A stretch of 64,000 nt of DNA from Octopus vulgaris (Eukaryota), in NCBI GenBank assembly GCA_951406725.2, contig OX597827.1:83514001-83578000 (forward strand). The letters are read 5' to 3'. Shown one piece after another: positions 25,885 through 38,300 of the stretch. Under the pieces are notes generated by a model. That model did no database searches. It was not told the origin of the DNA and saw only the letters and a program-made list of their open reading frames with translations. The stretch's first letter is position 1; every line of letters begins with the position of its first letter. The position numbers and the translations under genes are program-made.

Positions 25885-28345
25885 TACAGAGAGGCTGTTA
25901 GTAAGGTTAGGATTGGCAATGAGTATAGTGAAGAATTCCAGGTAGAAGTACAGGTCCACCAAGGTTCAACTTTCAGTCTCCTTTTATTCATCATAGTTCT
26001 CCAAGCAATAACAGAGGAATTCAAGATAGGTTGCCCCTGGGAGCTCCTCTATGCTGATGACCTGGCCCTCATAGCAGAATCACTACCAGAACAAGAAAAG
26101 AAATTTGGGGTGTGGAAACAAGGTTTAGAATCAAAAGGCCTTAGAGTCAATGTAGCAAAGACCAAAGTTCTAGTAAGTAGGAAGGCAAACTCATCACACA
26201 CCCCCCCAGGTAGGTGGCCCTGCTCGATCTGTAGAAAAGGTATAGGTAGAAACTTCATAAGATGTACCCAGTATAAGCTATGGATACAAGAGGTGCAGCA
26301 ACATCAAAGAAGATTAACCGAGAAGATAGCTTTCGTGTGCAGCAGATGCACAGGGGCAATAGACACCACAGATACTCAGAAAACAGATTCCATCACACTC
26401 CAGGGGAAGAAACTTGAAATAGTTGATAGCTTCCACTACCTAGGTGACCAAGTTAGTAGTGGGGATGAATGCTCAGAGAGTGTTACTACTAGAATAAGAA
26501 TAGCCTGGGCACAGTTTAGAAAGCTTCTACCCTACTGGTTACAAAGGGTCTCTCACTCAGAGTGAAAGGTAGATTGTACGATGCATGTGTGTGAACTGCC
26601 ATGCTTCACGGTAGTGATACATGGGCCATGACTGCGGAGGACATCCGTAGGCTCAAAAGAAATGAAGCTAGCATGATCCGCTGGACGTGTAATGTCAGTG
26701 TGTACGCACGACAGAGTGTAAGTGCCCTGAGAGAAATGTTGGGCATAAGAAGCATCGGATGTGGCGTGCAAGAGAAATGTTTGCACTGGTATGGTCATGT
26801 ACTACAGATGGATGAGGAGCAATACGTGAAGAATTGCCACTCCCAAACAGTTGAAGGAATCCAGGGTAGAGGTAAACCCAGGAAGACATGGGATGAGGTG
26901 GTCAAGCATGACCTCTGAACGTTGAGCCTCACAGAGACAATGACAAAAGACCGAGACCTCTGGAGATATGCTGTGACTGCAAAGACCCGGCAAATAAAGT
27001 GAGTCCACGGCGTATCCTATACCAGTTTCACATAACCAGCCCCACCTCATTCAAAAGTACCTTGGATCGTAGGACGATCTGCTGTGCTTACCTTGGATCG
27101 TAGGGTGACCTGCTGTGCTTGAGGAGACCTATTGAGTCAAATACATCAACATCAACATGAAAATAAAAGTCAAATGGAAATTGTAGTTGCGATACCTGTG
27201 GCGATGGCACGTAAAAAGCACCATCCGAACGTGGCCAATGCCAGTGCCACCTAGCCTGGCTTCTATGCAGGTGGCACGTAAAAAGCACCATCCGAACGTG
27301 GCCAATGCCAGTGCCGCCTAGCCTGGCTTCTATGCAGGTGGCACGTAAAAAGCACCATCCGAACGTGGCCAATGCCAGTACCGCCTAGCCTGGCTTCTAT
27401 GCAGGTGGCACGTAAAAAGCACCATCCGAACGTGGCCAATGCCAGTACCGCCTAGCCTGGCTTCTATGCAGGTGGCATGTTAAAAGCACCAACCAATCGT
27501 GGCCAATGTAAAAAGCAGCTTCCGAACGTGGCCAATGCCAGTGCCGCCTAGCCTGGCTTCTATGCAGGTGGCACGTAAAAGCACCATCCGAACGTGGCCA
27601 ATGCCAGTGCCGCCTAGCCTGGCTTCTATGCAGGTGGCACGTAAAAGCACCATCCGAACGTGGCCAATGCCAGTGCCGCTAGCCTGGCTTCTATGCAGGT
27701 GGCACGTAAAAAGCACCATCCGAACGTGGCCAATGCCAGTGCCGCCTAGCCTGGCTTCTATGCAGGTGGCACGTAAAGCACCATCCGAACGTGGCCAATG
27801 CCAGTACCGCCTAGCCTGGCTTCTATGCAGGTGGCACGTAAAAAGCACCATCCGAACGTGGCCAATGCCAGTGCCGCCTAGCCTGGCTTCTATGCAGGTG
27901 GCACGTAAAAAGCACCATCCGAACGTGGCCAATGCCAGTACCGCCTAGCCTGGCTTCTATGCAGGTGGCACGTAAAAAGCACCATCCGAACGTGGCCAAT
28001 GCCAGTGCCGCCTAGCCTGGCTTCTATGCAGGTGGCACGTAAAAAGCACCATCCGAACGTGGCCAATGCCAGTACCGCCTAGCCTGGCTTCTATGCAGGT
28101 GGCATGTTAAAAGCACCAACCAATCGTGGCCGTTGTCAGCCTCCTCTGGTCCGTGCTGATGGCACATAAAAAGTAGCCACTACACTCACGGAGTGGTTGG
28201 CGTTAGGAAAGGCATCCAGCTGTAGAAACACTGCCAGATCAGATTGGAGCCTCGTGCAATCTCCTGGCTTCCCAGATCCCGGTCGAACCATCCAACCCAT
28301 GCTAGCATGGAAAACAGATGTTAAACGATGATGATGATGACAATG
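25885..28345 (+). mobile_element. RTE-clade LINE, 5'-truncated, with an expanded 3' UTR satellite
   Basis: ORFs 25858-26565 (HQGS, LYADDL, FHYLG) and 26601-26918, ending in the tail ...GTTAAAC(GAT)n. Confidence 0.95.
27204..28131 (+). repeat. Tandem array, 67-bp unit, about 14 copies
   Basis: Unit GTGGCACGTAAAAAGCACCATCCGAACGTGGCCAATGCCAGT(G/A)CCGCCTAGCCTGGCTTCTATGCAG starts at 27271, 27338, 27405 and onward. Confidence 0.97.
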
Positions 28346-30191
28346 ATGTTCTCCAGATTAGGTAGTGGATAGTTGAATCTTTTAAGACATTCATTTAAAC
28401 CAGGGGAAAAATCAGCACACACTCTGATTTTATTATTCTTTTTCTTAACGTACACAGTTGGTGACACCCATTCAGAGTATTCCACTTTTCAGGTAACTCC
28501 AATTTTTTCTAGTCTCTCTTAAATTAATCTGCTCTAATGCTGCACATGGCACATTTCTTTTTGGTTTAAAAATTGGTACTGCATTCTCTTTTATCTCAAA
28601 TCTTGCTTTTGCTTTCAAACATGCACCTAGTTCATCTGAAAACAAGTCTGGGAATACTTTCTTTAATTCTTTTTGCACTTTGTCCAAGTTGGTGTTAGAA
28701 CTTGTGCTATTACCTATTACATTTTTGCAACAGTGGTTAATTCAATCCAATTCATTCCAAATAGATTATTGGTATTATTTAGCACATAAGCCTTTGCTTT
28801 TATTGTCCTACCTCGGAAAGTCACATTGCAATTGAATTCCCTTTTTTTCCCAAAAAACTTCTCACAGCTTTTGTAGTTTTACTTAATACTGGCTCACCTA
28901 ATGCACTCCTTGTTTCGTCATTTAATAGAGTTATATTGCCCCCACTATTAAGCTATTTCATTATCCTTATCATGTTCAGATACACTGTATACATTTTTAT
29001 TGTTTCCTGTATGCATCATTTTTGAATTCTTTTCCTATTTTTGTGCAACAATGATAACTTTGGTGACTTTGAAAATCACACCTGAAACATTTAAGTTTTT
29101 TGAATGGACAGTTATACCAGTCTTGTATTTAATCACGTCTCATGCACAGATCCACTTTGCACTTTCTAATGGTTTTTTTTTTGGCCTTATAGCCTGTATG
29201 TTTGATACATCACATTCCTGTATTCTCCCATTGTCATGTTTAAGATTTATTATCTGTTGGCAGTCTTATGATATCTGCTGAAGCATAATATCCTGGTTTT
29301 GTTCTAGCTTAGTCAATATCCTTGTGCAAATTTCCGAATCCTGTTGTGCTGCTTCCTTTAATTTGAACTTTTCACTCTCACGGTTTGCTATTCCATCATA
29401 CGTTATGAAGTCATCCTCTATGTTTTTCGTCAAATTTAACCATAACCACCTCATATTGAACAAAGATCATTTTCCACTAAAATGTTTTGTATTCAAATTG
29501 TAATTCTCCAAATGGTTATTTTGGGAGTAGTATATAATTAATAGACTTTCCATGTTCCACTGGTGCTAATTTTCTTAGCAAAAGTCTAGTATGCTGGTCT
29601 GCTTCCCAGTCTCAACATTCATTCTTGAATATTTCTTCAAATCGACTATAAAAAGTGGCAAATGTGACACCTTCTTCCAGATTATATCTAAATTCGTTGA
29701 TGGAGCTTTGCCAATGAATCTAGTGTAAATGCATTTGTAGCATTTTTCATTTCCTTGAGGAGAACTTGTAAAACCTCATGTTGCTGTTTTTGCAACTCTA
29801 TCTCGGCTGATAGTAATTCTTCCATGATAAACAACAAGATGAATTTTTTTGTTCTCATAAACAAAAAACTATACAATTCACAATAATTCAAGTGAGTCTC
29901 GAACACTGCTCGTCACCAACTGTTATATCAGCAGTGACAATATATGATATGCGTGTCTGTAAAAATATCTCATAGTACCAAATATAACCATATAACAATA
30001 TGCAATGTAACAAGAGTTTGCTATCTTATTATAACCGTTCACGCAATAACAATGCAATTCTCCAACGCAGAATTAATAACGAGACTAACACTCTCACAGT
30101 TTGACCTCAACTGTGTACTGGCTCATTCTGTTTGTAAGACTCATCCAGTCCACTGATAGCCATATGTGGGGTGTCAGTTCACTCCACAACA
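28346..30191 (-). mobile_element. Gypsy/Ty3 LTR retrotransposon remnant (5' LTR, PBS, degraded gag-pro, start of RT)
   Basis: LTR 29921-30191 (TGTTAT...ACAACA) and PBS TGGTGACGAG at 29909-29918 (tRNA-Ser-like). The pol remnant reads FPDLFSDELG...PIFKPKRNVP and EWVSPTVYVKKKNNKIRVCADF...YPLP. Confidence 0.88.
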
Positions 30192-30204
30192 ATATATATA
30201 GACA

Positions 30205-31485
30205 TGCATACAGGATCGCGGATCCTGGGTGGATGTTGTTTACCTGGACTTTGCTAAGGCTTTTAACTCTGTGCCACACAAAAGACTTATGGTGAAGCTT
30301 TCTGCGTTGGGTGTAAGAGACGAACTCTATAACTGGTTAAAGTCCTTTATTTTCAGCCGAAAAGAGGTTGTCACAGTTCTAGGACAGCACTCTTCGCCCT
30401 ATGAGATGACATCTGGTGTACCACAGGGATCTGTTCTTGGCCCCCTTTTATTTGTTGCATATGTTAATGACATAGATGCCAACTTAAAGAATGCCACAGT
30501 GCTGAAATATGCAGATGACATCAAGCTGTACCTCGAAATAAAGAGGTCAAATCCTGTACACTATAGATCTCTATTGCAAGCAGACCTGGACACAATGCAG
30601 CAGTGGATCATGGACTGGCAACTCAAGCTGGCTGTGGACAAATGTACCACCATGCATTTTGGGAGGAGAAACCCAGCGTCCACCTACTCCCTCCACAACA
30701 CTAGTCTCAAAAAGTCTTCATGTGAACGTGACCTGGGTGTTATTGTCGACAGTGATTTGCGTTGGACAAAACACATCGCTAAAATTGTCAAGAAGGCTGA
30801 GGGTGTCTTGGCATCACTCACCAAATCCTTTGTGAACCGCTCTCCGGCTATCTATCTGCGGCTTTATATAGCTATGGTAAGACCTCACCTGGAATTTGCA
30901 TCACCGGTCTGGAACCCCTATTTTGCCCAGGATATTAATCGTCTGGAAGCTGTTCAGCAACGTGCAACCAAAAGAATACCCTCCATCAGGCATTTGCCAT
31001 ATCCTGAACGCCTTACTTCCCTGGGCATGGACACATTGAAACTCCGACGTCTGGCAGCTGACTTGGCAGACACCCATAAAATTATCAACCATCGTACAAA
31101 CAATAACTCTGAGCACCTTTTCAAACTCCACCCATCTAACACCCATGGACATATTTACAAAGTAAGAAAACAGCACAGCTCCCATGACTTCAGGAAACAT
31201 TTTTTCACGCTGAGAGTTGCTGAAGCATGGAACAAACTGCCGGCATCAGTTGTTAGTTGTCGGAGCACTGCATCCTTCAAAACTTCCATGCTTCCTGAGA
31301 TTCGCCAACACTACACTTGATTTTCTCCCCTCCATACACACACAAGCATGTATCTGACTCATACATTGTTCGCTTTCCAGACATTTCTACATTACTGCAT
31401 GTACTTTATATGCACTTTCTGACAAGTTGTGGTGCACCTGAGCACTGTATACAATAATTTCATTATTATTATTATTATTATTATA
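30205..31485 (+). mobile_element. Young 5'-truncated CR1-clade LINE with (ATT)n tail
   Basis: Open RT ORF, a short 3' UTR, and (ATT)n at 31462-31482. Confidence 0.93.
30229..31320 (+). CDS. CR1-type ORF2 C-terminal half (reverse transcriptase), uninterrupted, N-terminally truncated
   Basis: YLDFAKAFNSVPH, GVPQGSVLGPLLF, YADDIK, ERDLGV, VRPHLEFA..W, RV..AWNKLP. Confidence 0.9.
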   Translation: MDVVYLDFAKAFNSVPHKRLMVKLSALGVRDELYNWLKSFIFSRKEVVTVLGQHSSPYEMTSGVPQGSVLGPLLFVAYVNDIDANLKNATVLKYADDIKLYLEIKRSNPVHYRSLLQADLDTMQQWIMDWQLKLAVDKCTTMHFGRRNPASTYSLHNTSLKKSSCERDLGVIVDSDLRWTKHIAKIVKKAEGVLASLTKSFVNRSPAIYLRLYIAMVRPHLEFASPVWNPYFAQDINRLEAVQQRATKRIPSIRHLPYPERLTSLGMDTLKLRRLAADLADTHKIINHRTNNNSEHLFKLHPSNTHGHIYKVRKQHSSHDFRKHFFTLRVAEAWNKLPASVVSCRSTASFKTSMLPEIRQHYT

Positions 31486-31754
31486 CATTCATTTATCACC
31501 ATTCTCCCCATTTTAATACCCACTTCCCCATGCATGGGTCAGAAGGAATTCACCTGCTAGATATAGCAATCACACCCTGCCATCTTATTTTTAAGATAGA
31601 CACATTGAATAATCTAATTGTAGATACATGAAATGACAGGATGGTCATAGTTGGAATACAGGGATCATGAATTTGCTTGCTCATGACTGACCTGCGGTTT
31701 AGCAACAACCAGATTTAATAGGAAAAAAACCTCAATAGATCTATAATCATTTCT

Positions 31755-32200
31755 CAAGAAGTGCCAAGCTCTAACTCTAGAGGATACCCATGGAAGGGGT
31801 AGACCCAAGAAGATATGGGATGAAGTGGTGAGAAAAAATCTTTGGATGCTGGGCCTCACTGAGGAATTGACAAGGGACCAGGAGATGTGGCAATTTGCTG
31901 TACTTGATAAGATGTGTCAAGCTAAGTAAAATCCCTGTCTTCAATACATCCAGGCTTGTCCTTTCAGGTGCCAGTACCACATAAAAATACTTATGCCAGT
32001 GCTGCATTAACACACCTGTGCCGGTGGCACATAAAATGCACCCAGCACACTCTGTTAAGTGGTTGGTGCTAGGAAAGGCATCCAGCTGCAGAAACCATGC
32101 CACAACAGACAGAGTTTGGACAACTCCCAACTGGCCAACTCCAAATCAAACTGTCAAACCCATTCCAGCATGGAAAGCAGATGTTAAATGATGATAATAA
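31755..32200 (+). mobile_element. RTE 3' end
   Basis: GRPKKIWDEVV motif and the family 3' UTR. Confidence 0.8.
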
Positions 32201-33154
32201 TGATTTTCCAAGAATCCACCAGTTAATCCAGACCCTATTTCCATAGGACATACAGCTAACCATCAAATATTACCAATACTAAAGACAGAGTTTTTATCCT
32301 TTCTTACCCATTTGTGTCAGTTACAAACTCCAAAGTACAATATATTATCAAAATTAAAACTTTAGCCACATTATCAACCAATCAGTAAAGTTTAATGACT
32401 GGGAGAAATTACCTAAGGAGTCTGTCTGCATAAAAAAAAAAAATTTGGCAAATGCTAAATATACGTACTAAACCAAACAAATTTAATTAACCAAAGTTAC
32501 ACCTCTGCTAAAGAGGAACATAAAACTAACTAAATGACTCATTTCTTAGTATTTTACAGCCATTTCCATGGTAGTTGAATGGGTCTTCTCTCACACAGCA
32601 TCCTTTGGTGATGGCCTACATTAGATACTATATTGTAGAGGTTTTTTTCTTCTTCCCAAACTTCCTCTTTTGTAGCTTCCTTCCACTTGGATTGCCTGTC
32701 ACTTCTTCCTCCAACTGACGTCCTCTGTACATACGTCTCGTTTCCCTTACACACAGGATTTCTCTCAGCTCACGTCTACTCTGTTCAACATATTCAACAT
32801 TACAGGTCCAGCAGAGCATTCTTGCCTCTTTCTGCACAAGAAAGGCAAGGGAGATAACTCTGAAGTTTTAAATAACTTAAAATTGAATGGGAGCAGGGGC
32901 TGTAGTGGGGAATGAGTATGAGCTATGTTCTGCTGGTGAGGTCTAATAAGAGCAGAAGATGTGCTGTTACCATTATATCTAGCAAACATTAGATTCCTCA
33001 CTGCATGTCCCCAAGTTTTAACTAAGTTTAATTTTGGAATTCTTCTCCCGTCCCTATCTTAATCAGAAATAATCATTAAAGCTAATAATTTTATTTCTTC
33101 ACTATATGTGTAACTGTAATAAAAATCTGTGTTGGCTCACTACATTAAATATCA

Positions 33155-33460
33155 CCGTGATCACCATGACTGACCATGCTATCAGATGTTGCTACACATC
33201 GCTGGTCACAATGCGCTTCGCATTGTTTTAGTCTTCAAATGACGCCACCCCACTGGCTAAGCAAGCAGGTCAACAGAAGAAAGACTGAGAGAAAGTTGTG
33301 GCGAAAGATTACAGCAGGGATCGCCACCACCCCCTGCAGGAGCCTTGTGGAGCTTTAGATGTTTTCACTCAATAAACACTCACAATGCCTGGTCTGGGAA
33401 TCGAAACTGTGATCCTATGACTGCAATTCCGCTGCCCTAACTACTGGACCATTGCGCCTC
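33155..33460 (-). mobile_element. tRNA-derived SINE, near full length
   Basis: Minus strand GAGGCGCAATGGTCCAGTAGTTAGG (A-box) and GTTTCGATTCCC (B-box). Confidence 0.82.
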
Positions 33461-34103
33461 TACACATTAAATATGTTAGTCCTTATTTAACTATATTCGT
33501 TTCATGCAGAAGGTATCAGAGTAATTTCTCAACTCCAGTCATTTTTATAACCTTCTGACGAGAAGCCAAAGCACAATAGTAAACACCTCTTTTCTACTTG
33601 TTCATGTAATTGTATTCAGTGACAAGCAACATAACTGCACACTCTCTTATGATAAGTTTGGATGTCATGTTTTACATAGAATTTCCATGTTTGTCAAGTG
33701 CTGGCGACAGATGAGAAACTGCACCATTTTATACAGTGAACAAAGATATTCTGTAAGACATAAGTTTCTTTTCCAATACGAAAAATATTATGAGACAGAC
33801 TTTTTTTTTTTACAATTAAGTGATGTAAACAGTCACTAACAAGTGTAACAAATGCCTTTCCTGCCTTCATATGCACTATTGTATTTGAGACCATATTGTT
33901 GTCAACTTCAGTGGTTAGTTCCTCTGTCAGACTCTACATGGAACAGAGTCTCACTCTCATGCATTCTCTACATTCAATAGCCTCTCATAATGACACTTTC
34001 ATATCTCTTTCTCTTCAGTGTCCGTAAAAACAAGTGTCATTATCATTCTTCACACACTTCCACAAACATCTTCATTTTCTCTGATACACTACTTCATACA
34101 TAC

Positions 34104-34168
<65 letters not shown>

Positions 34169-34189
34169 TATAGATATAAATCACAGTAA

Positions 34190-34465
34190 CATGGTATTAA
34201 CCAGACTATCAGCTGTTGTTTTACATTACTGATTACAATGCGCTTCACTATGTTTCAGCTTTTGAATGCTGTCACTCCTCTGGCTAGGCGAGTAGGCCAA
34301 TATTTGGCCCGATCAGAAGACCACTCTGTTACAGGGTTACCCATTTACAGGAGCAAAGTGAAATGAAATGTTCTACAGAAGAACACAATGTGCTGCCCAA
34401 ACCAGGAATCAAACCCATGATCTAGCAATTGTGTGTTCAACACCCTAACCATTAGGCTACACACC

Positions 34466-34470
<5 letters not shown>
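34190..34470 (-). mobile_element. tRNA-derived SINE, diverged
   Basis: Shares its 3' part with 33170-33270 and has the minus-strand head GTAGCCTAATGGTTAGGGTG...GTTTGATTCC. Confidence 0.65.
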
Positions 34471-34502
<32 letters not shown>

Positions 34503-34512
34503 GTATATATGA

Positions 34513-34745
34513 ACTTTAAGTTAGTTAAAATATGTTTCTGACATATTTCAACTGCTAAAGGCTAATTCACTGCAGTTACCATGGAGAAAAATTCTCTCTT
34601 ATCATAAAAAAAAGGTATAAAAACACCATATCTGTCCTTTTACACTATTTTTACCACAAGAGAGAATTTTTCTCCATGGTAACTGCAGTGAAGTTACCTT
34701 TAGCAGTTGAAATATGTCACAAACATATTTTAACTAACCTAAAGT
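34513..34745. mobile_element. Fold-back element with ~88-bp arms
   Basis: 34513-34600 is the reverse complement of 34658-34745, with GAAATATGTC in each arm. Confidence 0.85.
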
Positions 34746-35397
34746 ATGCTTATGCCTAAACACTGCTTGGTGCCAATATTACTGTAATGTATATACAGCA
34801 ATATCGTCAGTTCTGAGAGAAGAGTCATGTTAAAGTAGTGATAAACACTACTTTTTGGTTCATTTACTGCTTCTATCTCAAACAGGGATTTTCTAATGGA
34901 CTAGTTTGCTAATTACGAGATCGGTGATTGCATGACACTGTATTTTTTACATATTGCAAGCAAGGTCAGACTAATGCTATATCTGGCAAAGGAGTGCCCA
35001 CCACTCAAGTGATCCAATAAGATCAAAATCACATGATCTGGTGGTCTCTGAGCTAGGGTGGCAGGAGTTCTTCCCCACTTGCAATGAATATCGAGTGTGA
35101 AACTGCACTGAATAACCAGCTGCAGGAGATGTCTTCCTGGACTTAAAATAGCAGTATCATCAGTTCTTAGAGAACATTCATGTTAAAGTCACAATAAACA
35201 CAACTTTTATATATTATATATCTATATATATAAAATAATAATAATGAAGTCAAACCAAGATAATTTGAAAGTATTTAATACTGTTTCAGATTATTGCATA
35301 TTTGATAGGAAATACAGCTCAGATGCAAAACCTTCCTCATTAATACATTTCAAAATGTAAACTAATTAACAGAAATTGTGAATTTGTTTTATATACA

Positions 35398-38300
35398 CCA
35401 GCCACTTTGCGGCTACTTAGCCCTTGCGTTCTAGCTGTGCTGCACACAGGATTGCAGTTGGCTGTGGAAAACAGACAAACCAAATCACATAGCCTGTAGT
35501 TGATCGAAGCAAAAAGAGCAAGAGTGAACATTTTTAATTTGTTTCATTTTGTTTGTTTGATTTAATGTTGGTTCTGATGTTTCTTTCCAAGGCTTCTGTG
35601 TACACAACATTTTGAGTGAATGTCAAACTTGGCATGTTGAACCTTTTGAATGATTCTTCATCAGCTCACATTCTAATGTTGAGATTGTTCCCACACCTTG
35701 ACAAAGCAACATAAAGTTGACTGTGAGAAAAGACACTGCTGGGAAGAATGATGCCACACCTGTCAAGAGATTTTCCCTGTGATTCGTTGATGGTCATTGC
35801 AAAGGCCAACCTCACAGGAAACTGCCGTCTCATGAATCTCCAAGAGAAACTTGATTGTGTCCATCACTTCAATTCTGGGAATGAAACAAATCGAGTTGGT
35901 ATCCTCCAATTTCCTTGCAGCAATGAGATGATCCTTGACATCTGTCACCATGTATCTGACTCTATTGCAATGACCACCACTCAAGTCAAGGTTTCTGATG
36001 AGCATGACGATACAATTTTTCAACTGTTTTGTTTTTGTGCTCAAAACTGCTCTTGATGAAAAATATTTGTGGTCTCCAATATGGTTTTCAAAGTCATTGT
36101 AAACAAAATTGACAATGTCATCATCAGTGGAGCAACACATTTCTTGTGGAAGTTGAATTATATTGCCTGAAACACATGGAGCTTTGCCTTCTCCAGTTTG
36201 CAACAACCAATTGCTGTAATTGATGAGCCTGGCTCTGTTTTCTTCATCTCCTTCTGGAATGTTCTGCTCAACTCTCATGTTTCTGCACAATGTCATCACT
36301 TGGCATTGATCCCACAAGTCAGATCTCTTGATGATTGAATATGCAATTTGTGACCGGATGGCTTTTCTGATGACTGGAAGGATTTGCCAAAAATTTACTG
36401 CTGCCACAAAGAGTTTTCCACCAAATGGTTTGTAATTTTGAGTCAAATCTCTCAACAACTGGTCAGTCAAATCAAGGAGTTCCATCATCAACATTGGTCT
36501 CTCATCCCAGACAATCAATTTGGCAGCAATCAAATTTTTGCCTGTTTTGCTTTTTGAACCAATTTTGCACACTGAACATTCATCAATTTCAAGTGGGTAA
36601 GCAAATGTTGAATGAGCTGTTGACCCCATACAGCAACAGTGATGAAGCCAAACCACTTCCAGCTGATGCAATATTCTTTCAACAAGTTCAACAAAAGTGT
36701 TTTTCCAGTTCCGCCTGGAGCATCCACAAAGAAAAACCCTCCTTCATTGTTGTTGTATTTTTGTTGAATTGTTTCCAAGATCAATTTCTGCTCCACATTG
36801 CATTGTTAGAAATGACATTCAAAATGATCCGTTTGTCCTTCACAATCATCAGTGTCAAGAAAATTTTCATCATCTTCTGTTTCTTGATCATGATCTGCAT
36901 GCAGCAGGAAGAGAAAAATCTTCAGTTGTTTTGGGAAAATCTTCCACTTGCATATCAAAGGAACACATCATTGGTTGCTTTGGCAATGCAGACCTCTTCA
37001 GAAAGTCGGTTTGTTTGAGAGTGTTTGTGCAAAAAGTCTTCCATCATGTCATCCATGAATTGATCATACAGTTTTCTTGGCTCTGCAGGCTCACAAAGAA
37101 TCAATGTCATTCGGCATCAGAATTGCAACCTTAGATGCTGTTGGCATGTTGAAGCTTCATTCATGTTCTCCCACTGGATGCTTGTCAGCATGGAATCCAA
37201 TTTGAAAATCTGTCAATTGGTGGTCTGCAACCATTTCGTTGACTGTTCTCAGCCTCCATCAATGCAGTGTGGCACTTGAAAAAAATTCTGGTTCTTGCAG
37301 TTTCTTCTGATGACAATCCAGAAAGCAATGATGTCCTGTGTTGCGCTTGCACTTGAGGATCCAACCAATAAGTTTGAATGCCGTGGCTGTTGTTTCGGTT
37401 GGAGTTTCTGATTGGGCCAAATCTTCTCACCACTTTGCTTTAAACACAAATCATTGATGCACCTGGGAGAGACTTGTTGGCCACTTTCAGGGTTGCCATA
37501 GCCATGCCAGAGCTGAATGTTCAAGTGTTTTTCTTGAAGTAGAATGAAGCATCATCTTGACCAAAAATAAGATTTCTCAATGTTTGTGGTGGCACAGGAA
37601 AGTGGGGAAAATTGATCTTGCCTCCATTGCAGCACATTTGACCAAAACAAAGTTCACCTCCACATGACTTGCTTTCTTCACTTCTGAATCCCAATGTTGA
37701 ACAAAATGCACAGACTTGCGTCATTTGCCCAAGAGAGTGCTGAAGTGGAAGATCAGAGAGTTGCAAACTTTCAATGTCAGCAACTCTAGCCATTTCTTAT
37801 TGCAGTCTTGCAGCTCTTCATGCTCTACCTCTCTCTAACTCAGCTGCACCTTGCTCTTCTGTTGCAGTCTCTCTTCTTGTCCTGCTGCCTCTTTGTCTCT
37901 CACCATCAATTTGTTGTACTGATCTTTGTGCCTCCTCTGTCTTGCCCTTTGCCTTTCTGCTTTCCACCTTCTTATCATCTCAGCTGTGACTGGCAGCATT
38001 GCTGCTTGCAGCAAGTGAACAGCTGTTTCCATGATTGCCATTGCCTTTTTTGATGGGCTGTTTTTCCCTCCTTCTCTGCTTTTGCCAACAAGAGGTTGAA
38101 ATGCATTTCTGACCAAATGACGGGCTACCTGGTTTCTTCCTCAACCATGCAGAGAGCTCTGTCTTGGGGGTCTTCAGTCTGTTGTGAGGAAAATGAAAAA
38201 AACTGAAACTTCGATCAAGCCAAAGAAGTGAACACTAGCTGTTGCACGGTGGGTATTTACTGTCACACGAGCCACACACCTTACCTGGTACCAGGTACAT

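Noticed and set aside
27480-27948. 149-150 aa repetitive ORFs on both strands
   Set aside because: These are artefacts of the 67-bp tandem repeat.
27204-28131. CRISPR-like regular array
   Set aside because: The units are head-to-tail with no unique spacers, there are no cas genes, and the array lies within a eukaryotic LINE UTR.
33385-33460. tRNA gene
   Set aside because: The A and B boxes run into a SINE body that is repeated elsewhere in the window, and no convincing cloverleaf is seen.
35763-36796. Host PIF1 helicase gene
   Set aside because: It is frameshifted, intronless and enclosed by Helitron termini.
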